44,115 nt of DNA from the IMG/VR virus record IMGVR_UViG_3300027813_001276, positions 1-44,115 of that record; one strand, given 5' to 3'. Below are positions 1 to 8,973 of this stretch, piece after piece. The notes beneath the pieces are model-generated. The model saw only the letters and a program-made list of their open reading frames with translations. It ran no database searches and was not told the DNA's origin. The translations under genes and the position numbers were made by a program. Numbering within the stretch: the stretch's first letter is position 1; every line of letters starts with the position of its first letter. Source of the stretch: a virus (lineage: Duplodnaviria > Caudoviricetes).

Positions 1-670
1 GACCGCGTAAGGTCTTGTGTGTTGTACTTGTTACTACATCAGCATACTGAATAGGACTATCGTAACACTTACCTGCTACGAGACCAGAATAGTGTGCCAT
101 ATCTACCAACAACAATGCACCAACTGCGTCAGCAATTTCTCTAAACGCTTTCCAGTCAATTTGTCTTGGATATGCACTTGCACCTGCAATGATCATTTTA
201 GGTTTATGACGTTCTGCTAACATCAAAACTTCATCATAGTTAATTAAGCCATCCTCTTCAACACCATAAGAGTGTGCATCATAAATCTTGCCTGATATAT
301 TTGGAGGGCTTCCGTGACTTAAATGTCCGCCACTTGCTAAATCCATTCCTAGTATAGTATCACCTGGGTTTAAAAATGCCTGGAATACTGCTGTATTGGC
401 ATTAGCACCACAATGCGGTTGTACATTAGCAAAGTTGCAACCAAACAGTTTAGTAACTTCTTCGATTGCCATGGTTTCAATTTCATCCATGTGACTGCAA
501 CCGTTGTAATAACGTTTGCCTGGATAACCTTCAGCATACTTATTTGTAAATATACTTCCGCTTAATTCCATTACTGCTTTGCTGGCATAGTTTTCACTTG
601 CTATAAGCTCAATGGTATTATCTTGTCTTTTTGATTCTCGAGCAAGAATGTCTTTTATTAGTACATCCAT
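1..670 (-). CDS. glyA: Serine hydroxymethyltransferase (3' part runs off the window; missing from ORF track)
   Basis: Manual translation from ATG at 670: MDVLIK...IELIASENY...[14 protein letters not shown]...NVQPH...GGHLSHG...DMAH...[12 protein letters not shown] (PLP-lysine motif). Confidence 0.97.
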   Translation of the reverse strand, partial: MDVLIKDILARESKRQDNTIELIASENYASKAVMELSGSIFTNKYAEGYPGKRYYNGCSHMDEIETMAIEEVTKLFGCNFANVQPHCGANANTAVFQAFLNPGDTILGMDLASGGHLSHGSPPNISGKIYDAHSYGVEEDGLINYDEVLMLAERHKPKMIIAGASAYPRQIDWKAFREIADAVGALLLVDMAHYSGLVAGKCYDSPIQYADVVTSTTHKTLRG

Positions 671-895
671 TTATCTGTAACTGCCTATCATCTTGGGACC
701 TTTTGTTATAAACTCTAGCCCAGCCATGTTACCCACATAAATTTTATGTTTAGGGTCGTATTGTAAATTTACTTTAACAGTATTCATAAACACGGACATA
801 TAACCTTCTGGTTTAAAATCTCCAATATCCACTTCTAATGTTTTTCCGTTATCTGTGCATTCTACAATGCATTCTTTTGCGTATGATTCATTCAT
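671..895 (-). CDS. Hypothetical protein (74 aa)
   Basis: ORF 671..976; start moved to ATG 895 (MNESY...), which has an upstream AGGA and avoids overlap with the 903..1070 ORF. Confidence 0.7.
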   Translation of the reverse strand: MNESYAKECIVECTDNGKTLEVDIGDFKPEGYMSVFMNTVKVNLQYDPKHKIYVGNMAGLEFITKGPKMIGSYR

Positions 896-902
896 GATGT
901 TC

Positions 903-1070
903 CTATTGTTGTTTTTTCTTTTTACCAAAGAACGCACCAGTTGTAGGTACATTCTCAGTTTTTGCAAATGGCTCACACACAGTTACTTTGCCACCTTTAG
1001 CAAAATACTCATCCATTAACCTTTTTGATTCTTCTTGTTCACGTTTAATTGTTTCAGGTGATTTGTTCAT
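903..1070 (-). CDS. Small protein resembling the SutA RNA-polymerase-binding domain (55 aa)
   Basis: Manual translation MNKSPETIKREQEESKRLMDEYFAKGGKVTVCEPFAKTENVPTTGAFFGKKKKQQ; fills the gap exactly; helix plus (F/L)AKGGKV motif. Confidence 0.6.
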   Translation of the reverse strand: MNKSPETIKREQEESKRLMDEYFAKGGKVTVCEPFAKTENVPTTGAFFGKKKKQQ

Positions 1071-1415
1071 TTATTTTCCTATTTTCATTTTGTCTAACAT
1101 TTTTCTAGCATTAAATAATGATTTAAGTGGATTATCGTCATCCAATTCTTTTAACACGTCTATAAGTGTTACTAAATCCTTTAATGTACTTTGACTAAGT
1201 GTAACATCACCAACTGTTAGTGTTTGGTGGCTAAGAAAGTCTGTATTAATAGTTATATTATCAGATTCGTCTGATAGAACGTATGGTGTTCCAGTGGTAG
1301 TGGAAGCACCGTTTACAGTAATTGTATTTATTGAAGGTACCGTAATAGTATCTACCGTACCCATACCTCCTGTTAATACTGTTGTATAAAAGTCTTCTGA
1401 ATCGTAATTAGTCAT
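1071..1415 (-). CDS. Hypothetical protein with Thr-rich N-terminus
   Basis: ORF 1071..1430; likely start MTNYD at 1415 (GAGG upstream), overlapping the thyX stop. Confidence 0.7.
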   Translation of the reverse strand: MTNYDSEDFYTTVLTGGMGTVDTITVPSINTITVNGASTTTGTPYVLSDESDNITINTDFLSHQTLTVGDVTLSQSTLKDLVTLIDVLKELDDDNPLKSLFNARKMLDKMKIGK

Positions 1416-2067
1416 CTTTAAATACCTCATTTGCTAGTGGAAAAATATTACTAATAACATCGGCACATGCTTTTGCAATTTCGATGTGTTCTAATTGTGT
1501 ACCATTTGCACCTCTTAACTCGATGTAATGTACCCAACTTCTTAATGTACCATTAACATACAGTCTGCTAACTGTGTTGCCTTCTGGTAATACTGCTCTT
1601 GCCTGTTCTTTAGCAATGCCGTTGCTTGTTGCCCAGTTATATGCGTCTAGTGAAGCATTTATAACATTGCGTTGCTTGTCTTCCCATGTTGCTTGTAATT
1701 TAGCATCATCTGTTACAACACTATTCTGCCTATTCTTGGGATCTTGTAATCTTGCTTCTCTAATTTCAAAACTTAAATCTTTTGTAGGGTCTGCATAACG
1801 TTGACTGAACTCTTGGAAACTAAAACTTCTGTGACGTAACAGTTGTCGTGCTATGTCTCTGGTTGTTTCAATTTCTAAACATGCTGACACCATTTCGAGT
1901 GGCGACCAATGTTTGTGTTTCATCAAATACTTCACAAGTTTCTCACTTGTTTTAGTATTCATTTGATTTTCTGGATTGCTTACTCTAGCACAATAGGCAA
2001 CCAAGTCTAATGCTGACCCGTCTTCTGCGAATTCTCCTTGTGAATGACTTATTAGTTTTACTTTCAT
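1408..2067 (-). CDS. thyX: FAD-dependent thymidylate synthase
   Basis: RHRSFSFQEFSQRY ThyX signature; HWSPLE; KEQARAVLP. Confidence 0.96.
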   Translation of the reverse strand: MKVKLISHSQGEFAEDGSALDLVAYCARVSNPENQMNTKTSEKLVKYLMKHKHWSPLEMVSACLEIETTRDIARQLLRHRSFSFQEFSQRYADPTKDLSFEIREARLQDPKNRQNSVVTDDAKLQATWEDKQRNVINASLDAYNWATSNGIAKEQARAVLPEGNTVSRLYVNGTLRSWVHYIELRGANGTQLEHIEIAKACADVISNIFPLANEVFKDD

Positions 2068-2732
2068 ATATTTGCGTCCTTACATGTTTGTTTTATTTGT
2101 TTTACTTCTTCTTTACTTGCTTGGAACAGTTTCATCCAAAATGGAGGATCAATCATATCCTCAATTAATTTTACTTGCTCATCATTAAATCGTTCTAATA
2201 AGTTATTGCCTGTGCTACTTAAATAAATTACCCAAGGACTAACTTTAGCCGATCTAATATCATGTACTGCTCTACTAGGACTTACTGTTGTAAAATAGTC
2301 TTGCCATTTCTCTCCAGTATCCTCACTCCATTTAGCCAAGTACACAATAGTTCTTTCTAATGCTCTAAGACCTGGTTCTTTTCTACAGTACTCTTTGACA
2401 AACTTGTCGTATTGCCTGTCTGATGTCCACTGTTTTAATTTAATACCATTCTTAATTAGCCATTCTGTAAACTTTTCTGGTTCTAACCATTCATTTACTG
2501 TACAACTTCTACCAAACTTTACAAATCCTTCATAGTACTGACTCATAATAAAGTCTTCAATACTTTTAGGTTTTGTTGCACTAGTATTCATATCATAAAA
2601 CATTTGAAATGCTCTGTGTCCTAAACGTATATGGCTCATGTCTTTGTCTGCCCAACGTCTTTTCTTTACACACATATGGGCCGAAAGAGTAGATTCATTG
2701 CGAAACTCTTTTTTGCACCATTTACATTTCAT
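2064..2732 (-). CDS. Hypothetical protein with N-terminal zinc finger
   Basis: CKWC-x12-HMC motif; start and stop overlap both neighbours. Confidence 0.7.
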   Translation of the reverse strand: MKCKWCKKEFRNESTLSAHMCVKKRRWADKDMSHIRLGHRAFQMFYDMNTSATKPKSIEDFIMSQYYEGFVKFGRSCTVNEWLEPEKFTEWLIKNGIKLKQWTSDRQYDKFVKEYCRKEPGLRALERTIVYLAKWSEDTGEKWQDYFTTVSPSRAVHDIRSAKVSPWVIYLSSTGNNLLERFNDEQVKLIEDMIDPPFWMKLFQASKEEVKQIKQTCKDANI

Positions 2733-3196
2733 TTAAGTATCTCTTTTATTTCTTTGTCTGTGTAAGCATGAGCTTGAAAAAATTGTTTAAGTTCATCTTT
2801 GTCATTTATACTTAACAATAAGTCTATTTCATCTTGTCTAATATGTGGATATATATTAGCAATAGCATCTGACACTTTGTTTTTCTTTCTTTTACTGTTA
2901 GGTGGCTTTATGTAAGGGTGATGTTGTACCTTACCACTGCCTGCCGCTGTTAATAACAACCACTGTAACTCAGGGTGTTTACTTATATCACTAAACTTGT
3001 GGTTAACTAATTCATTCACCATCCAGATATAGTTTGGTGCTTCACCGCCTTGTACACTACTAGCATACCGCATCATCATCCAGGCACTAAAAGCCTTCTT
3101 TTGTTCAGCAGTAAGATTGTTATACCAGCCACGGTCTTTTTTATCTATGGCTTTCATAACTTCTTGTAATGGTATTTGCGGTTTTTTAGTCGCCAT
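2729..3196 (-). CDS. Possible clamp-loader small subunit (T4 gp62-like)
   Basis: Size and pattern FSAWMMMRYAS...NELVN...ELQW...YIK resemble gp62-type proteins; recalled similarity only. Confidence 0.45.
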   Translation of the reverse strand: MATKKPQIPLQEVMKAIDKKDRGWYNNLTAEQKKAFSAWMMMRYASSVQGGEAPNYIWMVNELVNHKFSDISKHPELQWLLLTAAGSGKVQHHPYIKPPNSKRKKNKVSDAIANIYPHIRQDEIDLLLSINDKDELKQFFQAHAYTDKEIKEILK

Positions 3197-3323
3197 TTTT
3201 GTTCTCTTGATTTTTAATAAATTCTGCTACCTTTTTACTTTGCTCAGCTATCTTTTTTGCTTGATCCTTAATTTGCTTTTCTTCAAACTTTAACTTATGC
3301 TCTTGTTCAGTTTGCTTGTTCAT
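3186..3323 (-). CDS. Small charged hypothetical protein (45 aa)
   Basis: Manual translation MNKQTEQEHKLKFEEKQIKDQAKKIAEQSKKVAEFIKNQENKNGD; GAGGA SD; fills the gap. Confidence 0.6.
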   Translation of the reverse strand: MNKQTEQEHKLKFEEKQIKDQAKKIAEQSKKVAEFIKNQENKNGD

Positions 3324-3882
3324 TACGATCCTCTTTTAATTTTTTTATGTAGTCTTGATATATCTTAATATAATGCACTTGACCATCTGCTACAGTTGTT
3401 TTCCAATCATCCTTTGCATTTTCGTCTGCACTATCACTGATGTATTTAAAACATTTAAAGTTTACAAATGATTGTTTACATGCTTTTGCTATTGCATAGG
3501 CTTCCATGTCAACAACGTCTGCTATTAATTGTTCGTTTGTGTAGTCACTTACAAAATTATCTCCTGTACTGCAACACATATCTGCTATATCACCATTCAG
3601 TAAAACTACGCCATCTTCAAATGGTGTTTGCCCAGTTTCAAATCCTAATTCAGTACACATTATATCACGTTGTACAAAGTTTTTAATTTCATGTATGCCA
3701 TTTGATACACTTACACCACCTGCTGTACCAAAGTTAAATACAGTTTCTGGATCATAACGTTCTATTAGTTTGCCGGCAGTAATACCTGCATTTACTTTTC
3801 CAACGCCTGTAAAAAATACATTAACCCAACTAGCCATTCTTGGTGCTTCTTCTTCTAATGCAATTAAAATGATATCACGCAT
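3307..3882 (-). CDS. mtnN: MTA/SAH nucleosidase-like protein (PNP_UDP_1 family)
   Basis: TGVGKVNA, NFGTAG, TGDNF, VDMEAYAIA, KYISDSAD motifs. Confidence 0.85.
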   Translation of the reverse strand: MRDIILIALEEEAPRMASWVNVFFTGVGKVNAGITAGKLIERYDPETVFNFGTAGGVSVSNGIHEIKNFVQRDIMCTELGFETGQTPFEDGVVLLNGDIADMCCSTGDNFVSDYTNEQLIADVVDMEAYAIAKACKQSFVNFKCFKYISDSADENAKDDWKTTVADGQVHYIKIYQDYIKKLKEDRNEQAN

Positions 3883-4405
3883 CGTATTCTACCACACTAT
3901 AAGTTTCCATATTACAATAATCTCTAAGTTTAGCAGTTCCTTGAAGGAAAGTCAAGTCAATAACACAGGCATAACACATTTTTGCTACTTGAAAGTTCTG
4001 TAATAGCTCGTATATAGCACTTGCTGTTCCACCGGTAGCACTAACATCGTCTATAATACAAACGTTGCTGTTAGGCCCTAATTTTGAGTCTGTTCGTATG
4101 TTTAAAGAGGTTGTATCATACTCATAAGTAAACTCATGTGTATAAGTGGGCGGTGGTAACTTGCCTGGCTTACGAACAATGTGTAAAGGGATACCTAATG
4201 CTAATGCCACTGGAGCACCCCATATAAACCCACGAGCATCCGGAGCCACAATATCTGTTGCTTTGATACTTCTGCAATATGCAACTATCTTATCTACCGT
4301 GTATTGAAATGCTTTTGGATTCTGTAATATACTAGTAATATCCTTGTACTGTATTCCTTCAACAGGAAAGTCAGGTACTGTAGTTATTATCTTTTTAAGA
4401 TTCAT
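3875..4405 (-). CDS. apt: Adenine phosphoribosyltransferase
   Basis: PDFPVEGIQYKDI, DARGF, VRKPGKLP, and PRPP motif IIDDVSATGGT. Confidence 0.93.
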   Translation of the reverse strand: MNLKKIITTVPDFPVEGIQYKDITSILQNPKAFQYTVDKIVAYCRSIKATDIVAPDARGFIWGAPVALALGIPLHIVRKPGKLPPPTYTHEFTYEYDTTSLNIRTDSKLGPNSNVCIIDDVSATGGTASAIYELLQNFQVAKMCYACVIDLTFLQGTAKLRDYCNMETYSVVEYDA

Positions 4406-5147
4406 TCTCGGCTTCCCACTCTAAGTTATCATCGTAGTCTTCCCATTCTGCAGATAAGTCTGCTCCTTCTGGATCAACATACTCGTCTCTCCATTTATCT
4501 GTAATCCAACCAACCGCGGCATAGTAGGCTTTGCCCATTGTGTCATTGTAATCCATATTACATTCTATTAGTTGTTTGTTGTACCAAACATCTTCAACAA
4601 ATTCACCTAGGTGTGTTTCGCAAACACTAAAAACAAACTTCTTAGAGTCGAAAGGTTCATCAGTTTCTATAAACCAACTTCCAAAGCCACCTTTTTCTCC
4701 ACTGTGGAATAATAATACCGGCGTACAAGGAGTAGGGTCATCTTCTCCTACACTAAGTTCTGTACTAATATACGCACCTTCTCTACCTTTAAGAGTATAA
4801 GGATCTTTAACTTCAAATTCATTTTCATCATACGCAAATTCATCATCATTTCCAGTAACATCAGAAACCATAAATGTTCCGTCTGAGTACATTGAATTAA
4901 GATGCTCTATGTCATCTATTTCATACCATGCTTCTGCATCATTTCCTATGTTTGGTGAATCAGCATCTAATCCTTCATCGATATCATCGCCAAACGAATC
5001 TAACGCACAGACGTGTTCTATCAGACGACTATCACCTTCTTCTTCTACTATTGGTGCCCAGTAGTTAACGAATTCTTCACTTACAGTACCGACTGTACAT
5101 TCGCCTCCGTATCTTCCACCATCTACTCTATACTTATATTTTGCCAT
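4395..5147 (-). CDS. Highly acidic hypothetical protein
   Basis: 250-aa ORF, strongly D/E-rich, GGAG SD. Confidence 0.8.
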   Translation of the reverse strand: MAKYKYRVDGGRYGGECTVGTVSEEFVNYWAPIVEEEGDSRLIEHVCALDSFGDDIDEGLDADSPNIGNDAEAWYEIDDIEHLNSMYSDGTFMVSDVTGNDDEFAYDENEFEVKDPYTLKGREGAYISTELSVGEDDPTPCTPVLLFHSGEKGGFGSWFIETDEPFDSKKFVFSVCETHLGEFVEDVWYNKQLIECNMDYNDTMGKAYYAAVGWITDKWRDEYVDPEGADLSAEWEDYDDNLEWEAENES

Positions 5148-5161
5148 TTTTTTTCTCCAGT

Positions 5162-5665
5162 TTAATCTAACAACATTCCAATATCAATCTCTTGTGGTAT
5201 TTTGTTTGCTTCTTTAACAAACATTGCACACGCAGGATTGCTCTTGTTCTCTAAAGGTGCTAACAGCATGTGTCCATTTTTTAATTTTGGAAAGAACCAT
5301 TTGACGTCTTGAAAGATATTTGTAATCTTTACTTCATGACATTCTAATAACTTTCCACTTAATGGATTTAATGTTGCTGTTAAAAACCCTCTATTATTTA
5401 AACTGGTTAACGGCAATACTTCTATGCCTGTTAAATCTTCATCTGTTATAACAATACTCCAGTCCATAGGCATTTGAATATTGTACTCACCTATTTGTAA
5501 ACATATTGCAGGAGCATAAAAACTCTCTAAAAATATTAAAGGTAAAAAATAGTAATCCATCCACTCCGGATCACTGGTGTCAAATACACCAAATCGGATA
5601 TCATCTATCTCATCTGGCACGTTATCTATTTCATATACTGTATTATCTACTGTTAAAATTTTCAT
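5162..5665 (-). CDS. Hypothetical protein
   Basis: 167-aa ORF whose start overlaps the helicase stop. Confidence 0.8.
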   Translation of the reverse strand: MKILTVDNTVYEIDNVPDEIDDIRFGVFDTSDPEWMDYYFLPLIFLESFYAPAICLQIGEYNIQMPMDWSIVITDEDLTGIEVLPLTSLNNRGFLTATLNPLSGKLLECHEVKITNIFQDVKWFFPKLKNGHMLLAPLENKSNPACAMFVKEANKIPQEIDIGMLLD

Positions 5666-7119
5666 TTATACTCCACTTTGGTTACTTGAAAAGGGAATCC
5701 TTGTTCTTTATAGAATGCTTTTCTTTTAGTTAAATGCCGTTTACTGTATTTTAAATTACTTGTGATATCGACCACATTCAAATAATCCTTGTCTTCTGCT
5801 TTACGGATTCCTCTTCCGATACTTTGTATAACCCTTACAAAACTTTTACCTGGCTCTAACAGAACTAAGTTAAAAATTCTAGGAATATTAATACCGACCG
5901 CCGCAACACCGTATGTTGCAACTATAACTTTATTGTCCATCTCAGATACTTGGGCATACTCAGCCTGCCTATCTTTGACTTTCATATCACCACTAATAAA
6001 AACCCAATCCGGATTCTTTTCTATTAGCAGTTCACCTGTTGCTATCCTATCTATAAGAACAAGTGTATTACCAGATCCACTTAACCCTGCTATTATATCA
6101 CTTATGTGAGTAACTCTGGGGTCATCTGTAACTAGCCATTTTAATTCTTGTGCATAGTTATTAAACCCTAACACTCCGTCTTGTAGTTGGAATATGTTAA
6201 TGTCTAAATTTGCTAACACGCCTCTGTCTTGTAATTCTTTACTGCTTAGGTTTCCTGTAACAGGTCCCAAACTACATACACAACCTACTGCTTCATATTC
6301 ATCTTTAGGTATTGTACCTGTTAGTCCCCAACGAATAGGAACATTAGCAAACACTCCGCCTAACAAGTTTCTTAAAACATCTGCTTTTGCTTTATGGACT
6401 TCATCGACCATAATACAAACAACGCCTTCTAAGAAGTCCTCTATAGGAAAATCTGCTTCATACTTTTTACTTTTCTTTTCCAATACTGCTAGACTTTGCC
6501 AAGTACAAATAGTGTGCGTTTTGTCGTACTGCTTTCTATCTCCAAACAACACACCTACATCAAGTCCTAAGTTCTTATAATCACGCTCTGTTTGTACAAC
6601 CAAGTCTTTGTTAGGAACAATTACTATACTACGCCCATATGGTTCACACATATTGCTTAAGGCGGCTGTTATAAGCGTCTTACCGGCGCCTGTAGCCACT
6701 TCTTGCAAACTTTGTGGATTTGCTAAAAACTCATTTATAACTTCAACTTGATAATCTCTAAGTATAACAGGTTCACCTTCTGCAGGATGACCTTTGGGCC
6801 ATGCTGTATCTTCATACATTGTATCAACAATAGGCTCGAAAGAAAACTTCCATTCTGCTCGTTGGTCTTGAATCTCTATTTCATAACCGTCTGCTTGAAC
6901 TATTGGAAGTAATCTATCTAACATGTTCATATAAGTTCTGCCGCCAATATCACAATACCTCACACAACCATCCCACCTGCCTAACTTGTAAGCCGGCATA
7001 TGATATGCATAAGGTAAAAAATACTTTGCTTCGTCTGAAATCTTACGTCTTGTACTTGGTGATAAACCAACGAACTTAACGTTCACTTCATCTCTTATTT
7101 CTAAAACACATTTTGCCAT
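5662..7119 (-). CDS. uvsW: SF2 DNA helicase, UvsW-like
   Basis: LRDYQ, ATGAGKT, DEVH, GLTGT, QSIGRGIR; N-terminal YKLGRWDG typical of UvsW. Confidence 0.9.
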   Translation of the reverse strand: MAKCVLEIRDEVNVKFVGLSPSTRRKISDEAKYFLPYAYHMPAYKLGRWDGCVRYCDIGGRTYMNMLDRLLPIVQADGYEIEIQDQRAEWKFSFEPIVDTMYEDTAWPKGHPAEGEPVILRDYQVEVINEFLANPQSLQEVATGAGKTLITAALSNMCEPYGRSIVIVPNKDLVVQTERDYKNLGLDVGVLFGDRKQYDKTHTICTWQSLAVLEKKSKKYEADFPIEDFLEGVVCIMVDEVHKAKADVLRNLLGGVFANVPIRWGLTGTIPKDEYEAVGCVCSLGPVTGNLSSKELQDRGVLANLDINIFQLQDGVLGFNNYAQELKWLVTDDPRVTHISDIIAGLSGSGNTLVLIDRIATGELLIEKNPDWVFISGDMKVKDRQAEYAQVSEMDNKVIVATYGVAAVGINIPRIFNLVLLEPGKSFVRVIQSIGRGIRKAEDKDYLNVVDITSNLKYSKRHLTKRKAFYKEQGFPFQVTKVEYK

Positions 7120-7124
7120 AAGTT

Positions 7125-7154
7125 ATTATACTACCATTTCCTATTGATTGTCAA
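7125..7154 (-). promoter_or_regulatory. Sigma70-type promoter for uvsW, embedded in the 3' end of the receptor gene
   Basis: TTGACA-18nt-TATAAT; -10 box ends 5 nt before the ATG. Confidence 0.65.
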
Positions 7155-8795
7155 CTGAAATTCTCTACCTTGACTAGAATAGCCTGGCAGGACCTCTACT
7201 TCTTCGTCTAACACGTTCTTGACATTAAGTGATAGTTGTACCATGTCATTGAATGTCTTAGTGTAGCCGAAGTTTAATTTTTCTAAGTCTTCTAACTCTG
7301 CACCGTCATATGGTCCAGGCTTTCTATCGTATGTACCTGTGTAAGAAGCATTAACATTATGTGTACCAAAGTCTTGGTCATAACTTAATACTGCAACATA
7401 CTTAGGTACTCGTGCTTGTATGGTGTCTGTTGCTTTAAGCATTATACCAAAGTTGCCAAACGTCTGTGCATACCTAATACCTTTTGTGCTGTATGCACCT
7501 GTATTATAATACTTTGCATTAGTCCAAGTAGAAGTCGGTTCTTCGCCTTCAGCAATTATGTCTGGAGTTGAAAAGCCTGACATGTACTCAATGGATTCTT
7601 CAAAGTCGTATACAAATATACTTAATACCCCAAATCCTAGTTCATAGCCTACTGCTTCTTCTGGACCCAAGTCTAGATTAGCATCTACATAACTATCGCC
7701 ATATAGTTCATATAAGTTAGGTCGTCTGTAACTTGTACCAACGTTAAAAAATAATGGTCCTTTTTCTACACCAAATCTCATAGCATCTTGACCTTCGTTA
7801 CCTCGTCTAAAACCAAAGTTATAGTTTAAGGCAAACTCGGCATTAATGTTTAAGTAAGCACCATAGTTATCTCTCTTATGTTGATTATACTTTTCTTGAC
7901 TAGCATCAACACCATAAGAAACTTGAAGTTTCTGCGATAGGTTTGTTTGGTCGCCAAGTCTCATATAGTCTGTACTACTTTCATTTTCGTAAGACATGTA
8001 ATCGGCTGTGAAGTAATCTGACTGCTGATACGTTCTTCCTAATGTTAAGTACTCGTTATTAATTGCAACATTATACTTCTCGCCTTCTTGTACACAATCA
8101 TTGGACTGTGAAAAGTCTGCTGTATAGCAGTTGTCGTATTCATATGAAAAGTCTGTGAGCTTTGCTGTAATAGTAAAGTCCTGAACATCCACATTAAGTT
8201 TAACATTCTTATTTGAGTACTCATCTTTTTCTGTGTTATCGTTTCTTACTTGATTGTTCACACCTAATTCTGTGTACTGTATCCATGTTGTTGGTGCTAA
8301 GTTTAAATACCTATATCCGTTATTACCTGCTCCGGCTGTAATTCCTTTGTTAATAGTATCTTTAATAAGTACTGTTCCAGCAATACTGCCTGAACCATAT
8401 ACAACACTATTTGCACCAGTGATTATTTTAACAGTCTCACCTGTTATAATATCTGCACCAAAGTTATACCATGCTGACCCGGGCTCATTTGCTGGTATAC
8501 CATTTCGGTAAACTGATGTATGTATTGTTTGAGCACCACGCTCGTTGTAACCTTGGAATGCTCCATAGCCGCCGGCGGTCCATGTGTGCATGGGTGCTAT
8601 TGCTTCTATTAGGTTGCTGTCTTGTAGTGGGTCTGTTTGTTTTACTTTTATTTGTTGTGCCACTACCACAACTTCCTCTATCTCTTCTGCTTGAGTTTTA
8701 AACGATATTGCCATCAATACCATAACTACAAAGACAAGATATAAAGGACTTAAATTGATGTGGAAATTCCAGTCAATTTTTTTACTCACTTTCAT
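7131..8795 (-). CDS. TonB-dependent outer-membrane receptor (short, BtuB-like architecture)
   Basis: Signal peptide ending TQA-E, TonB box EEVVVVA, plug motifs (RG...VYRNGIP; IITGANSVVYGSGSIAGTV), barrel motifs SYRRPNLYELY and LNVKNVLDEE, aromatic C-terminus. Confidence 0.88.
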   Translation of the reverse strand: MKVSKKIDWNFHINLSPLYLVFVVMVLMAISFKTQAEEIEEVVVVAQQIKVKQTDPLQDSNLIEAIAPMHTWTAGGYGAFQGYNERGAQTIHTSVYRNGIPANEPGSAWYNFGADIITGETVKIITGANSVVYGSGSIAGTVLIKDTINKGITAGAGNNGYRYLNLAPTTWIQYTELGVNNQVRNDNTEKDEYSNKNVKLNVDVQDFTITAKLTDFSYEYDNCYTADFSQSNDCVQEGEKYNVAINNEYLTLGRTYQQSDYFTADYMSYENESSTDYMRLGDQTNLSQKLQVSYGVDASQEKYNQHKRDNYGAYLNINAEFALNYNFGFRRGNEGQDAMRFGVEKGPLFFNVGTSYRRPNLYELYGDSYVDANLDLGPEEAVGYELGFGVLSIFVYDFEESIEYMSGFSTPDIIAEGEEPTSTWTNAKYYNTGAYSTKGIRYAQTFGNFGIMLKATDTIQARVPKYVAVLSYDQDFGTHNVNASYTGTYDRKPGPYDGAELEDLEKLNFGYTKTFNDMVQLSLNVKNVLDEEVEVLPGYSSQGREFQLTINRKW

Positions 8796-8824
8796 AAATT
8801 CTCCAGTTAGGTTTACTGTAACTA

Positions 8825-8852
8825 ATTATACGTCTTTACAGGCAAAAGTCAA
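8825..8852 (-). promoter_or_regulatory. Sigma70-type promoter for the TonB-dependent receptor
   Basis: TTGACT-16nt-TATAAT, followed by GGAG SD. Confidence 0.65.
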
Positions 8853-8871
8853 GTTAATTAATATCTTATTT

Positions 8872-8908
8872 TATAAAAGGTGAAGCCCCGGAGTAACTCC
8901 GAGGCTTC
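8872..8908 (-). terminator. Intrinsic terminator after the AAA gene
   Basis: GAAGCCTCGGAG-tta-CTCCGGGGCTTC 12-bp stem (one G-U pair valid only on the minus strand), then ACCTTTTAT. Confidence 0.75.
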
Positions 8909-8909
8909 G

Positions 8910-8960
8910 TGGTGCTCTACTTGGGGGATGACTAACGTTGAGCACCAGGGAAACGTTAGC
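8910..8960 (-). ncRNA. Putative H-type pseudoknot RNA in the AAA gene 3' UTR
   Basis: S1 GCTAACGTT/AACGTTAGT (9 bp) and S2 TGGTGCTC/GAGCACCA (8 bp) are interleaved; loop CATCCCCCAAGTA. Confidence 0.6.
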
Positions 8961-8973
8961 AATATTAATTATC

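Noticed and set aside
5162-5665. Possible Hint/intein-like fold in the ORF after uvsW
   Set aside because: Lacks the N-terminal Cys/Ser and C-terminal His-Asn; resemblance too vague without a structure search
8796-8973. Cobalamin riboswitch upstream of the TonB-dependent receptor
   Set aside because: No B12-box or expected multi-stem core is visible; the structured element lies upstream of the receptor's own promoter and belongs to the AAA transcript
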